A DNA stretch of 64,000 nucleotides. Source: the human T2T-CHM13v2.0 reference genome, Homo sapiens. Below the pieces are notes generated by a model. That model had not been told where the DNA came from. It saw only the letters and a list, made by a program, of their open reading frames with translations, and did no database searches. Location of the stretch: the NCBI RefSeq assembly GCF_009914755.1, contig NC_060940.1; one strand, 5' to 3'. Positions within the stretch are counted from its first letter, which is position 1, and each line of letters begins with the position of its first letter. Positions 17,518 through 29,440 of the stretch are shown here, piece by piece. A program made the translations under genes and the position numbers.

Positions 17518-17682
17518 GCACCAGAGGCCTTCCTCCTCCAGGGCCCTCTGCAGACCAGGCTGAGATGGAGGAACCTGCTAAAATCGATGGAGATGCTTCT
17601 AGCCTCCCAGTAGGAGGCCCCAGCCATGCCTTCAACCTGGCAGGAGGTGTAGCCACTCCTCATCCTCCCTGAGTGCTGATAT

Positions 17683-18066
17683 TCTCTCTCTCTCTTTCTC
17701 TTCCTCTTCTTTCTCTCTCTTCTCCTCTCTTTCTCTCCTCTGTCTCTCTTCCTCTCCTCTCTTCCTCTCTTCTCTCTTCCTCTCCTCTCTCTCTTCCTCT
17801 TCTCTCTCTTCCCCTCCTGTCTCTCCTCCCCTCCTCTCTCTCTTCCTCTCCTCTCTCTTCCTCTCCTCTCTCTACCCCTCCTGTCTCTCCTCCCCTCCTC
17901 TCTCTTCCTCTCCTCTCTCTCTTCCTCTCCTCTCTCTTCCCTTCCTGTCTCTCTTCCCCTCCTCTCTCTCTTCCTGTCCTCTATCTCTTCCCCTCCTCTA
18001 TCTCTTCCTCTCCTCTCTCTCTTCCTCTCCTCTCTCTCTCTTCCTTTCTTCTCTCTCTCCTGTCTC
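17683..18066. repeat. CT-rich polypyrimidine low-complexity tract in USB1 3'UTR
   Basis: About 380 nt that is almost purely C/T. Confidence 0.97.
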
Positions 18067-18867
18067 GGCTGTTGTGGGTTGCAGGTTGGGTGCTGCTGTT
18101 GTGGTCCTTCCCAGAAACTGCCAGTAGAGGGCAGCCTGGGCATCCTAATGCTTACTCTGGTTGTTACACAAAGAAAATATTGGGGTCACTGGCGAGCCCA
18201 CCCACACTCACCAGAATCTCCACTGTAGTCCCCCTAACAAACAGCCCTTCACTTCCTCTTCCACTTCAGCAATTTGTATTTTGATGCCATTGGCCTCAGA
18301 TCAGAGTGTTTTAAATCATCACGCCCTGGCTTATCCCTGGTCGAGCCAGGACACGGGGTGCTTCAGTGGGTCTGTCACCCTCTCTCCTTGAAGCATGTTG
18401 CTTTTATTTATTTACTTTTACTCTCACCCTGCTCCTGTACCAGCAGGGGCCACTTCAAAGCCAAGGTACAGGGTGATAACTTGTGGTCCAGCATCAGTTT
18501 TCTCCACTTCTTTCTCCCACTCACCCCCAGCAAGGTGCCTGGGGAGACTTGAGCAGATGTTTCATTTTGGCCTGGCCAGTGGCTGAAAGCCAGGCCTCCA
18601 ATGCACTGTGACCTCTGGCTTCCCCAGCAGCTTTCCCAGAGAGGCAGAGGGGCCTTCCACAGCCCGGGTTCTCCTGCTGCCTCCTGCCTGCTGCAGCTGC
18701 AGGCATTCTGAGGGGCAACGTGGAGGAAGGGCCAGGGATGCATGGGATTTTAATTGTTTCATCACACCTTCCCCGTGGCAAAGAAACAGTCAGTCCTCTT
18801 CAGGTGTCTTCTGGATTTCTGGTGATGGACAGAGAAATCTTTTTACAGTTTCAAATTATGTTCAACA

Positions 18868-18873
18868 AATAAA
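18868..18873 (+). terminator. USB1: USB1 polyadenylation signal AATAAA
   Basis: caAATAAAaattgcattttttattttgg, with U-rich downstream element. Confidence 0.85.
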
Positions 18874-21321
18874 AATTGCATTTTTTATTTTGGATCTTTT
18901 TTGGACTACTTGTATTTAACCCAGTGAAAAGATGACTGTCACCTTCCCCTACCCTGTCCAGCTGTGTCTCACAGTTTGGGAGGATTCTTGGAAGTCTCTG
19001 CTGTGACTTCCAAGATGGCCTCGAGAGGCATTAATGATGCTTCAGTAAAATAAGGGTAGGGAGGGGTCACCCAGCCTGCCAGGTGTACACACAGAGTTCT
19101 CACATAGGACATCTAGCCTGGAGCTAGGTGGCAGGGGTCACCACCCTCATCCCTCACCCACATAGGCAGACATTGAAGCCTTATACTGCTGTGACACTGA
19201 GCACTTCCCAGAACCTTCTCGTGTCTTCCTCCCAGTATCCCCTGAAAGGTAAACAGGGTGGGAATGTCTAGTCCTCTGTTACAAGAACAGGTTAAGTGAC
19301 TTGCTTGCATGAGAAATAGGGCCGTACTCAGCCCTAACCTCAGGTCCTGTGCTGGGGTGGCCCTGATCCAGCCCTGCACACCACCTCGTGGTCAGGCCTG
19401 GCATCTGGGTGGGGACATAGGGCTTCAGGGAAAGGTGTGGGGAGAGGGGCCTGTTGCCCAGGCTCCCATGGTGGCCCCTGCAACCCCACCTTTCCTGAAA
19501 GGGGCAGCCTCCCAGCCACTGCACTGAAAGACACAGGCACATTCTGTGCCTTGTTCCTGCTCCCCACCGCATTGATCTGCTGACTCCGACTCATCATTAG
19601 TCTGGTTCTTCTGGAGAGGAGGAGGATGCCGGGCATACTTTCTGGCTTGCAAGCAACATGGCAACTCCGGCTGTGCAGCCTGCACTTAACTGACACCTGC
19701 CCTGTGCCAGGCCCTGAACTGGGCACTTGGTGAACCAGACTAGGTCTACCCTCTGGGTGCTCACAGCAGGGCTGAGCAGGCAGGGAGCACAGAGAAGAAT
19801 CCCCATCCTCAACATGGTACTTCCCCAGACTTGGGTACTGGCTCCTATTGGGAGGGGGGCAGGTGTGAGGTAGGGCCTCCATCAACAAGCCCAGGAAGAG
19901 GGACTGGGCCATTCCCCTGGGGGAGGATGTGGCTGGGGAGTCTGTCTGTGCTGAGGATGGAATTTGAGTGCAGCAACTTTGAGAAATGGGCCAAGATCAA
20001 TAACTGGCTCCTCAATGGAGAATGGAAGGTGGCAATGGAGGAAGGAAGCAGGAGTCTCGCTGAGGGGGAGGGGTGGGCAGGCTGGGCCTGAGGAGGAGGC
20101 TGGCGGCAGGAGCTTGGCGGGCACCCAGACACTGAGTGTGCCTCTGGAGCAGAGTAAGCCCGTTGAGCGAGCGCTCCCGCTGACAGTGCAGAAGCAGCCG
20201 GGGCTCTTCCATAACAGGAGATTCTCCATAAGAGGAGAAACATGGGAGACAATTCTGGAGACAGAGGGAAGACCAGAGAAGGCTGCGGTCCCCCCCAGGG
20301 AGGCTGGCCCAAAGAAATGCTCTTGATGAGGATTTTATCGCACCAGGGAGAGTACAAAATCAACACATCTGGCCTCGGTGTCCTCAGATGTTCCCCGCAG
20401 GGCAGGGAAATCATCTCACGCCTGTTTGGCTGATTTCCACCTGGCACTCTCCAGCGCCTCTCCAGACCACCCCAGCTTTGTTTCCAAGGGAGAGGGAAAT
20501 TACCTTGGCTTGTTTGTTTATTCCTTGTCTTGGCACGAAGAGTCCCAAGGCCTGCTTCACCTTTGATGGTGGGTCGGGTGGGTGCATCGCCCGAGGGGCC
20601 CCTGGAGGGGAGAGCTGGGGGAGGGGGTGTCCTGGGCCTAGTTCCATCCCACAGCTACTTTCCTTCACTGAACAGGAGACCTCCCCTACGACCTCAGAAC
20701 TCTCCTTTTGCAAATGAGGAAACAAACCCAAAGAGGGGAATAACTTGCTCGGATTGCCCAGTAAATTACAGCTGAGGCAAAAACCCAGGGACCTGGCTTC
20801 TGATCCAGAGCTTTTTACAATCCCTCACACCACATCGGGACCTCTAAATGAAACTGCTCTGAAACACCATGTCTGGGCTTTCATTCAAAAGACCAAGAAA
20901 AAAAAGGTGTGTGGTGGTGGGCGGGGGTGTCAGGGCATAGATGAAACGGTATTGGCAAAATATGGATAAGGTTTAAAGCTACTTGATGGAAGGGCTGCGG
21001 TTCACACATCTCAGTCCCACTGACTAGTCCTTTCGGGCTTTGGGTGCTGTCCAGACCCAGTAGAAACCCAGCTATCTTGGGTTGGATGTAGATGCAAATC
21101 CACCTTGGACTCCCAAAGTACCTATAGGAGCCAGAACCAATAATTGGGAGCTTCAAGATCTGGTCACAGGGGATGTCATTTCCTTAAGGCAGGATTGGAC
21201 CCCAAGAGAGGAACCTCCAACAGAGAGAAAATCACCAGACTTGACCGACCCAGGCCTCAAAGAACGTTGCTCCACTCATTCCTGGGCTCCTCTCACTAAC
21301 AGCTAGCCCCTTAAACCCCAA

Positions 21322-21623
21322 CTTTTTTTTTCTTTTTTTCTGAGACAGTGTCTCGCTCTGACAGCCGGGTTGAAGGGCAGCGGCATGATCATAGCTCACT
21401 GCATCCTCAACCTCCTGGGTTCAAGTGATCCTCCCAACTCAGCCTCCCAAGTAGCTGGGCCTACAGACGTACACCACCACACCTGGCTAATTTTTGTATT
21501 CTTTGTACAGATGGGGTCTTGTCATGTTGCCCAGGCTGGTCTTGAACTCCTGGGCTAAAGCAATCCTCCCACTTCGGTCTCCCAAAGTGCTGGGATTACA
21601 GGCTTGAGCCACTTTACCTAGCC
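21322..21623 (-). mobile_element. AluJ-like
   Basis: Antisense diverged Alu. Confidence 0.9.
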
Positions 21624-22944
21624 CCAAACTTTTTAAAATTGGCTAATCGGGACTAAATATCATGAAAGAGTGCGACGTGGTCGGTTAAACAAGGACAACC
21701 CCGTTGTCCGTGTCTGAAGACCACTGCACATTTCCCAAAAGCAAATTTCGAAGTGGAGAATTTAGAAACCAACTTCCCAGATGAAGGATCCCACAGAGAA
21801 GTGAGTCCGTGGAAATGATAGAATTGCCCGGTTCCCTTCTCTAAACTCCGACTTCCTTTCCCCAAGGACATCCCAGGAGGGTTCAAACGCGCCCTCTCTA
21901 AGGCACTCTGCCAGGTCTCCTGATTTCCAGTTTCCGGGAGGTGAGGCCGGCTAGGGTGCCCCGAGGGCCTGCTCTAGAGAAAACCGCCCTCAGGTGAGGA
22001 CGGCTTCCATTTCCGGGTCTGAAGATAAGGAACAGCTTATCTTCGGTCTCCGCCCTCCTGCCTGCAACCCTCACCCACTGACCACGCCGGCCAGTCCGCC
22101 GCGCCAGGGCTGCCCTTGGCCTGGTCCCCGGGTCTCGGTGGACCTTCGACCCGGGCCTCCCAGCTCTGGCCTCCTGCATCCACCCCGCCCCGACCTCAAG
22201 CTGCTTCCGGAATAGAATGAAATCCAGCTCGTTAAGCTTCGCGGGGAGGTGTGTCCACCCGCCCCGCGCCGACTCCGGCCGCACTGTCGCACTTCACTCG
22301 CACCAGCCAGTGGCCAAAGTGCTTGGGCACCTATTGCGCCAGGCCAGGAGCCGGAAGTCTTACCTCGCCCTCACCCCAACTCTTTGCCCCACGTTCCCGA
22401 TAAGAACATGGAGGCTCGGAGAGATTAATTTGCCCACGTGCAAGCGGCAGCTAAGGGGCGGACGCGGAACTTGAACCGTGTCCCTCCTAAACCTGCCCCT
22501 TGTCCGCCGCAACGCGCCCTCGACGCGCACAAAACCCTCACTTTGCTACTGAGGAAAGTTATTCAATGGCCAGAGACACCCTGCGGCTTTTGAAAAGAGG
22601 TTTCAGGCTGACAAATATCCATATATACATATATATTTATATTTAAGCCTAAAACGACTCTTTGATCCCTCCCCTAAGACCTCCTTCCCGTCCGCCTAGG
22701 CCTCGGTATCCCCCACCAGGTATGAGAAGGAGGAGTCTTCATTCTTCCCAGGCGGGGAGACCACGCCTTCCCTGCCTCCTCCCTCCGCGGGGGGTCGCGT
22801 TGGAGGTCACCCCCGCCCCCTAGGCGCTGGGTTGGGAGTGACGCGGGGTGGGCTGGAGAGGTTTCCTGCCGTCTGGGAAGCGTAAACGGACCGCCCACCT
22901 GTCGGGCCTCGGCCGCCCGCACCTGCTTGTGAGAAGCCTGCGGC

Positions 22945-23030
22945 TGGGGCACCGCCCCCGGTCCCCGCCCGGGTCCGCGCATTGGGAGCACACTGGCCCT
23001 TTAAGAGCGCGGCGGCCGCGGCGCGCGGGG
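22945..23030 (+). promoter_or_regulatory. MMP15: Probable MMP15 core promoter: GC boxes, inverted CCAAT (ATTGG 22981-22985), TATA-like TTTAAGA (23000-23006)
   Basis: Motifs seen in sequence; TSS near 23030 inferred from TATA-like spacing. Confidence 0.55.
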
Positions 23031-23626
23031 AGGAGGGCTGGGAGCGCCCGGAGCCGCGCTGAACTCGCCGGGGACGTCGGGCGCCCGCTCCTTGGCTGGC
23101 TCGCTTGCTCTCTCGCTCGCTCTCTCGGGTCGGCTCCCTGCGCCTCCTCCCGGGACTGCTTGGGGACCCGGGCCCGGTCGGGCGCGGCGGCGAGCAGAAT
23201 CCCCGTGCAGGAGGCGCGCGCTCCGGGCAGCGCCCGGCCCCGGGCATGGACAGAGGGAGCTGGGCGCGCAGGGAGCGCCGCGGGACCGGGCGGCCGGAGC
23301 GCTGAGCCAGACAAAGGCTCCGGAGTTGCGCTTGCTCTCGGGAGCCGGGCCCCAGGCGCTGGGCGCCGAGGCTGCGGAACCTCGCCGGGGGCAGCTCCGG
23401 TCGGCCCCCTTTCCCGCCGGCTGGTTCCGAGCTCCCGGACCTGCCCTGCCCGCTTCTCCTCGGGCTTGGGAATTTGCCGAGGCGACCTAGGCGGCTCCGG
23501 CGGGGACCGGGAGCCCGAGGTCCGCGGCGCGCCTGCCGGGCCAGGAGCCAGGGAGCGTCGCAAGTTTCCAAGGCGCGTGCGAGGATCCGGCGTGCAGTGT
23601 TCCGAGCTGGGCTGGGCGCCGAGAGC

Positions 23627-23788
23627 ATGGGCAGCGACCCGAGCGCGCCCGGACGGCCGGGCTGGACGGGCAGCCTCCTCGGCGACCGGGAGGAGGCGGC
23701 GCGGCCGCGACTGCTGCCGCTGCTCCTGGTGCTTCTGGGCTGCCTGGGCCTTGGCGTAGCGGCCGAAGACGCGGAGGTCCATGCCGAG
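23627..23788 (+). CDS. MMP15: MMP15 exon 1 coding part (signal peptide)
   Basis: gagagcATGG strong Kozak; MGSDPSAPGRPGWTGSLLGDREEAARPRLLPLLLVLLGCLGLGVAAEDAEVHAE; GAG|gtaaga donor. Confidence 0.97.
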
Positions 23789-26700
23789 GTAAGACCCCCG
23801 CCCTGCCCTTTGGCTGCGGGCTGGGGGCTTGGAGGGAGAGGCGCCACGTCCGCAGGCTGGGACTTGGAGGTGGAGGGAGCGGAGACGCGCCCCCTGTTCT
23901 GGGCCGTGGCGGGGAAGCAAGCGGACTTGGCAGTCTGCCCCTCCCCAGCTCGCCCTCTGCAGCGCACCTCTTCGCAAACCCTGGAGGGCGCAGGGCCTCG
24001 CTCTCCTCCCCGCTACTCCTACAGCCCTGTTCTGGGCACTGAGCCCCCACCCCGACCCCCTTACATTCAGCCTGTGTCCCGGGAGCCGCTTCCGCCGCCC
24101 CCAGCCCTTGCCTCCCCTCCTTCCTTCCCTCCAGGGCAGCCGATTCCTCGAGAGCCCGGCTGGCGCGCAGTGGCGCTCTTTGCGAGTGGGGAGGGGGCTG
24201 CTCTCGGGGACAGCCACAGGCGGAGCAAGAGCTGGGCGGCTGGGCAACTGCGCTCCTGCCCAGGTGGCCTCCCGTCTGGGTGATACCGAGCCGCGCACGG
24301 CGGGCCAGGATGGAGGCGGGGGGATGGGTGCAAACGGCTGAGGCAGCGGACTCGGGTTGCGGGGGCGCTTTGGCGACTTTCTGCGCTTTTGCGAGGAAGC
24401 CTAGGCACGCCCGGGCGGGGTCCTAAGGACGGACCCTGCCTCCCACAGCGCTTCCTCCCAACAGCGCCCCTACGTCGAAGCCCTGGATTCGAGAGGGTGG
24501 ACCCCGCGCCTCTCTTCGCTAGGAGCCCGCTTGGCGTCCCTCCCGGGGCCCCGCTCTGGATGGGTCCCGCGGGTGACCAGGCGCGACATCCCGGCGTAGA
24601 GCCGAGTCCAGCCAGCGCCCCAGCTCCATGGTGTCTCCCGAGCGAGGACACCGAAGGCGCCAGCTTTCTTGCCCCAGAGCAAGAGCAGGGTCCACTCTTC
24701 CCCGACTTCTAAGACCTGCGCCCTGCCCCAGATAGGCGGGGAGAGGACTTGGGCGGGGAGTAGGGAGAAAGAACCACCCCGGAGCCGCTTCTGAACGGTG
24801 CTCAGGCCTTGGTGCCCTTGGGCTGCCCGGGCTGCGGGCCTGAGCGCCGTTTCTATTTGCAGCTCAGCTGGTGCTCCCTCCCTGGCCCACGGCGGCTTTC
24901 CCACCTCTCCGGGCTGCCTGGGAGATTTTTCCGATGGAAGCTTGCCCTTCCCCGCCCTACTTTAATAAAAGCATAGAGGAAGGGCAGGGAATTCCTCCTG
25001 GGCTCGAGTTACACCTCCCAGCCATTTCCCCACCTGCTCTGCCCTCCCTCCCTGGCCTGGCCAGGGAGAGCTGAAGGAGGAGCCAGGCCCTGGTGGGAGG
25101 CAGGATAGGAGCCCCGCCCCGACCCAGTCTGGCCACCCTCCCCCACCCCATTCACACAGGCAGGAGGAGCTTTAGGGGGCTCCTGTTGGTGAGGATTACC
25201 CCTCAGCCTGTGACCCAAGTACTGGGCGGAGAGTGCCATTTGGGCCCACCTGCCACTCTGGGCTGGAGTGCCAAAGAATTTCAAGTCACAGTCCCACCAT
25301 TGAGTTTCTAATCTACTTAGGGATGGCGTCAATACATAGGAAGCAGTGATGGAATTCAATGGCCGTGCATTGCTAATGGCATCCTAGCTGGCCAGGAGCT
25401 CAGGGGTGCAGGGACCTGTAGTTGGAGGGGCTTCACTCTCTCTCTCTTCTGCTTTTCCAGTTCCATCTCACCCCTACCCCAACTCCCCAGCTCAGGGAGT
25501 GCCCACAGCTCGATGCCGCCAGGGAAGAAGCCATGGTTGCGTTATCACAAACCGTGCTCCTGATCTGGAGGTTGTGACTGTCCTGGAGCCCTACTCCTGG
25601 GGAAACACTTGGGTTGGACCTGGGCAGTGACTGGAAGAGACCCCGGAAGGTTTAAGGAGCCTTGAATGTTGGCAGCCATGCAGATAGAGGGCTAGAGACA
25701 GGTGGAGTGTCCCAGCTCCTACAGTTGGCTTTGGGTACAGGCTGCTTCTAGGGTCCCATCAGGTCTGGCCACATGTGGGCCCAAAGAGTCAAATGGCCTC
25801 AGCAGCCAGCCCATCTGCCGGGGGCTGTGGCCTCAGACTCCTGGGCCTGGCCTACACCCTGTGTTGAGCCTCCCTTCCTTGGAGAAGGCTGGCTCTCTCA
25901 TCCTCACCCCAGCATCCACACAGCCTCAGGCCTCCAGTAGGGTCACAGCTGGGACCTTCTCGGAGCAGCTTGGCAGCTGAGCCAAGGCCAGCCTCTCTCC
26001 ACTTCCTCTCTCCCCTCCCAGGGTGGAAGCCACAGGACTTTCACGAGGCTGAGACATCAAGGAGCCTGGCATGTGCTAGGAACTGACAAACACCTGCAAC
26101 CTGCCAGGCCCTAGCCCACCACTGAGCTGCCACGTCCTATCCCACATTCTCCCTTGGATGTCCAATCCCAGTCTGTAGCCATTCCGGGCCAGATCCCCAC
26201 CTGGCTGAGGTGCTCACTGTTGTTCCTGCCCTGCAGGGCTGAGAGTCTCCAGGCTCACCGGGGGAGCTCTTATCTCACCTGCCTCCCCCTACCCCCTCCT
26301 CCCAGGCACAATTCAGGTCCTCAGCCTGCTCTGTGGAGGTGACTCAGGCTGCCAGAGTTCACAGGGGTGGTGCCACCACCACCAAAACCGATCCACCCGC
26401 CTTTCCTCAACAGGCCCACGAGTATCTTCCTAGCCCCTACCCAGCCACTGAGTAGATGAGGCAGCGGGGGTGGGGGCGTTGGGAGGGGGTCAGCGTGAAT
26501 TACCATTTTGACCTTCAGGTGAGCCACAGTCTTGGGCTTCCTTAGCTTCAGTCTCTACTAGCACTTCCATGCTGGCTCCGGGGGGGCCCCACTGGTCCCC
26601 TCTTTCTTTTAAACAGAGCAAAACTACAGATGCCATCTGTGCCCACCAGCTAAGAAAAGGGAGTTAATAGCGGGGCCTTGTCATTGGGAATCTGCAGAAG

Positions 26701-29094
26701 CTGAATCTTCTCCCCCTCCCCTCTTGTCTCTGCTTTTTACTCTGTTTTCTTGCTAGTAGTAAATCACTCCTCTCCATGCTCTGTCAAGACCCAGAGAGAA
26801 CTGGTCTGATTGGCACAGCCAGGGACCTAGATCTCATTGGGCCATGCCCTTCACACCCAGCCCTTGCCATGTTTCCGAGTTGGGTCTGCCCTTGGGTCCA
26901 GCCAGTCATCTGTCTCCTTGCAGAGAACAGCCCAGTGTAAGCTCCTTGTCTGAGCAGTGTATTGGCCTGACCTTCCCATTGTGACCTCTGAACATAAATA
27001 CCTCCTTTGCCCCACCCCAAGGGATGTTGATACTTAAAAGATATCCATGAATGTGGAGAGGAGCAACATGGAAATACACGCTATCCCCACCCCCAAAAGA
27101 AGACTTTCCCCAAAAGCCCAGTGCCCACTGCTATCTCTTATGCCCATTCAGGATGGCTACACTGCAGGCGTGGAAAAGCCCCTCCCTGCCGAGCGGTTTG
27201 TTCTGCTGTCCCTCTGTGGCCCTTTTGTTGTTTGGTCCAGATGATCCCTTCCATCATCACCTCTGCCCTGCTGGGAGTTTGACCTCTGCCTCAGGCTAGC
27301 TGTGGTGGTCACTATGAGAACCACTACTTTCCAGATCAAATCAGAATGGGTATCCTCCATATCATCCCAAGGCTTAGGTGGCTCCCTGTCTTGGACACTC
27401 CAGCAGGAGCAATGCTTTGGTCCTGGAGATGTGTTTTCTGAGTCAGCAAAGACAGAGAGGGGTTGTGGACTCTGCCCTTATCTTTCTCCTTTACAAAGCG
27501 GGTCCTGGGAGAAGCCCACCATTGAGTGTGAGGACCGGGACCCTGAAGGCGGCTGAATGCTCCAGACCTGAGACACAGTAGGCACCATCTGGCTGGACAG
27601 CTCTGAGTGACGGCTCAGATAGGGCTGCTCCACAGTCAGACACAGGTTCCAGGGATTCCTGAGACCAGAGGCCATGGAGCTGGGCCTGGATCCCAGAGGC
27701 AAAGAGGGATGCCTCTTCCCTAATCCCATGGCCCTCGTGGGAATGGAAGAAAAAGTGGGAAGAGACCCAACTCAGCCTCCAGTATCAGGACAGGTGGATA
27801 AGCCCCTGGTACCAGCCATTAGCCAGCCCCTGGAGATGCCCCCCATCCTGCTGCCATCGGCCGATGGTGATGCAGGCCAAGGTCTAGATCACCTCTCCAG
27901 GGCACTGGCACTGGCACTGCCTTGTCCTTCCCCTAGGAGTGACTGTCACCCTGTAGGGGTGAGAGTCCAGCTCCACGTTCAGCGTTTCTGAGCATGGCAC
28001 TTGATACATAGTGCACAACACGGTGGCCTACACCCTGTGTCCAGAGCCTCCCTGGCAAAATAGTGCAAAACAGTGACAGAAGCGAATGGCATTTACTGTT
28101 GGGCAAGTCACTGAATCTGTATGAACTTCAAGATCTCTATAAAAAGGGAATAGCAATGGTCTATCTGCTTGATGGAGTTACGGGGAGATTCATTGCATTT
28201 ATGTGCAAAACACTAAACGCTATGCACAATGCCTGGCACAGGGGGCCTAAGGAGGCGCAGGTGTTATTTTTGAGCACCTTCAACATACTTGTGTCTGTTG
28301 TGGACACAGACTAGGGATGTTTTGTAAGCGTTTTCACATTTAATCCTTGTATTAACTCTTCAAGTGTAGATGCTGTCATTACTCAATCTACAAAAGAGGA
28401 AACTAATACTGTGAGTTGAGAGAAATGACCCCCGCATTCCATAGCCAGGGAGTGGCAGAGCTTGGATTTGAACCCAGCTCAGTCTGGCCTGGAGCCCAAG
28501 TTCCCAACCCCCATGCGGGGTTGAAGGCTACAGGTCAGAGCCTAGGGTGCCATCCTGTGGAAATTCCACCAGGCAGAATTCTGCTGGGCCCGATCCAGGT
28601 GGGAAAGAGGTTTCTGAGGTGGAGCCAGGGCTGCCTGAGCTGTGTGAGCCAAAAGCCCTCCCCCGGCCCACCCAGCCTTGCCCCCATCTGTCCAGCCACC
28701 CAAGCTCTGCCCTGTGGACAGCCCCGTCTAGGAGTCAGCACCTGCAGGGAGGTTTCCAGGTGAGGACCCAAGGCCGGGCCCCCAGCCAGGCCCGAAACTC
28801 CTGGCTAACAGAGGCCTCTTCACCCCGCGCACTGGCCAGGGAACCCGGTTGTTTTTTCCTCCAAGTTAAGGAGTGTGGGGCAGGCTGGAAGGCTGCTGGG
28901 TAAAGAAGTGGTCAGACCTCAAGACGTCTTCCTCCTTCCTGCTTCTCCTGCTGGACTTCCCCACCACCCAGAGTCCCAGCCCCCACCTGCAACTCACTTA
29001 AAGACCCATGGGAGGGAGCAGATTTAATCCCAGACTAAGCATGTGTGTCCTAGAACTGCTGAAATGTGGAACATGCTGCCTCTAAAGGTAGTGA

Positions 29095-29440
<346 letters not shown>

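Larger units (their letters stand above)
17518..18895 (+). other. USB1: USB1 3'UTR (end approximate)
   Basis: Runs from the stop codon to AATAAA at 18868, followed by a U-rich tract. Confidence 0.8.
21900..24900. promoter_or_regulatory. MMP15: CpG island covering the MMP15 promoter, exon 1 and start of intron 1
   Basis: Very high GC and CpG density compared with the flanks; multiple GC boxes. Confidence 0.9.

Noticed and set aside
23303-23309. Programmed stop read-through from the uORF into MMP15
   Set aside because: Context is TGA-GCC, not the TGA-CTAG read-through motif; kept only as a uORF finding
22807-24651. Long overlapping ORFs (492, 386, 303, 269 aa) on both strands
   Set aside because: Stop-codon scarcity in the CpG island; Arg/Pro/Gly/Ala low complexity, mostly non-ATG starts. 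Only the MMP15 exon-1 part is supported.
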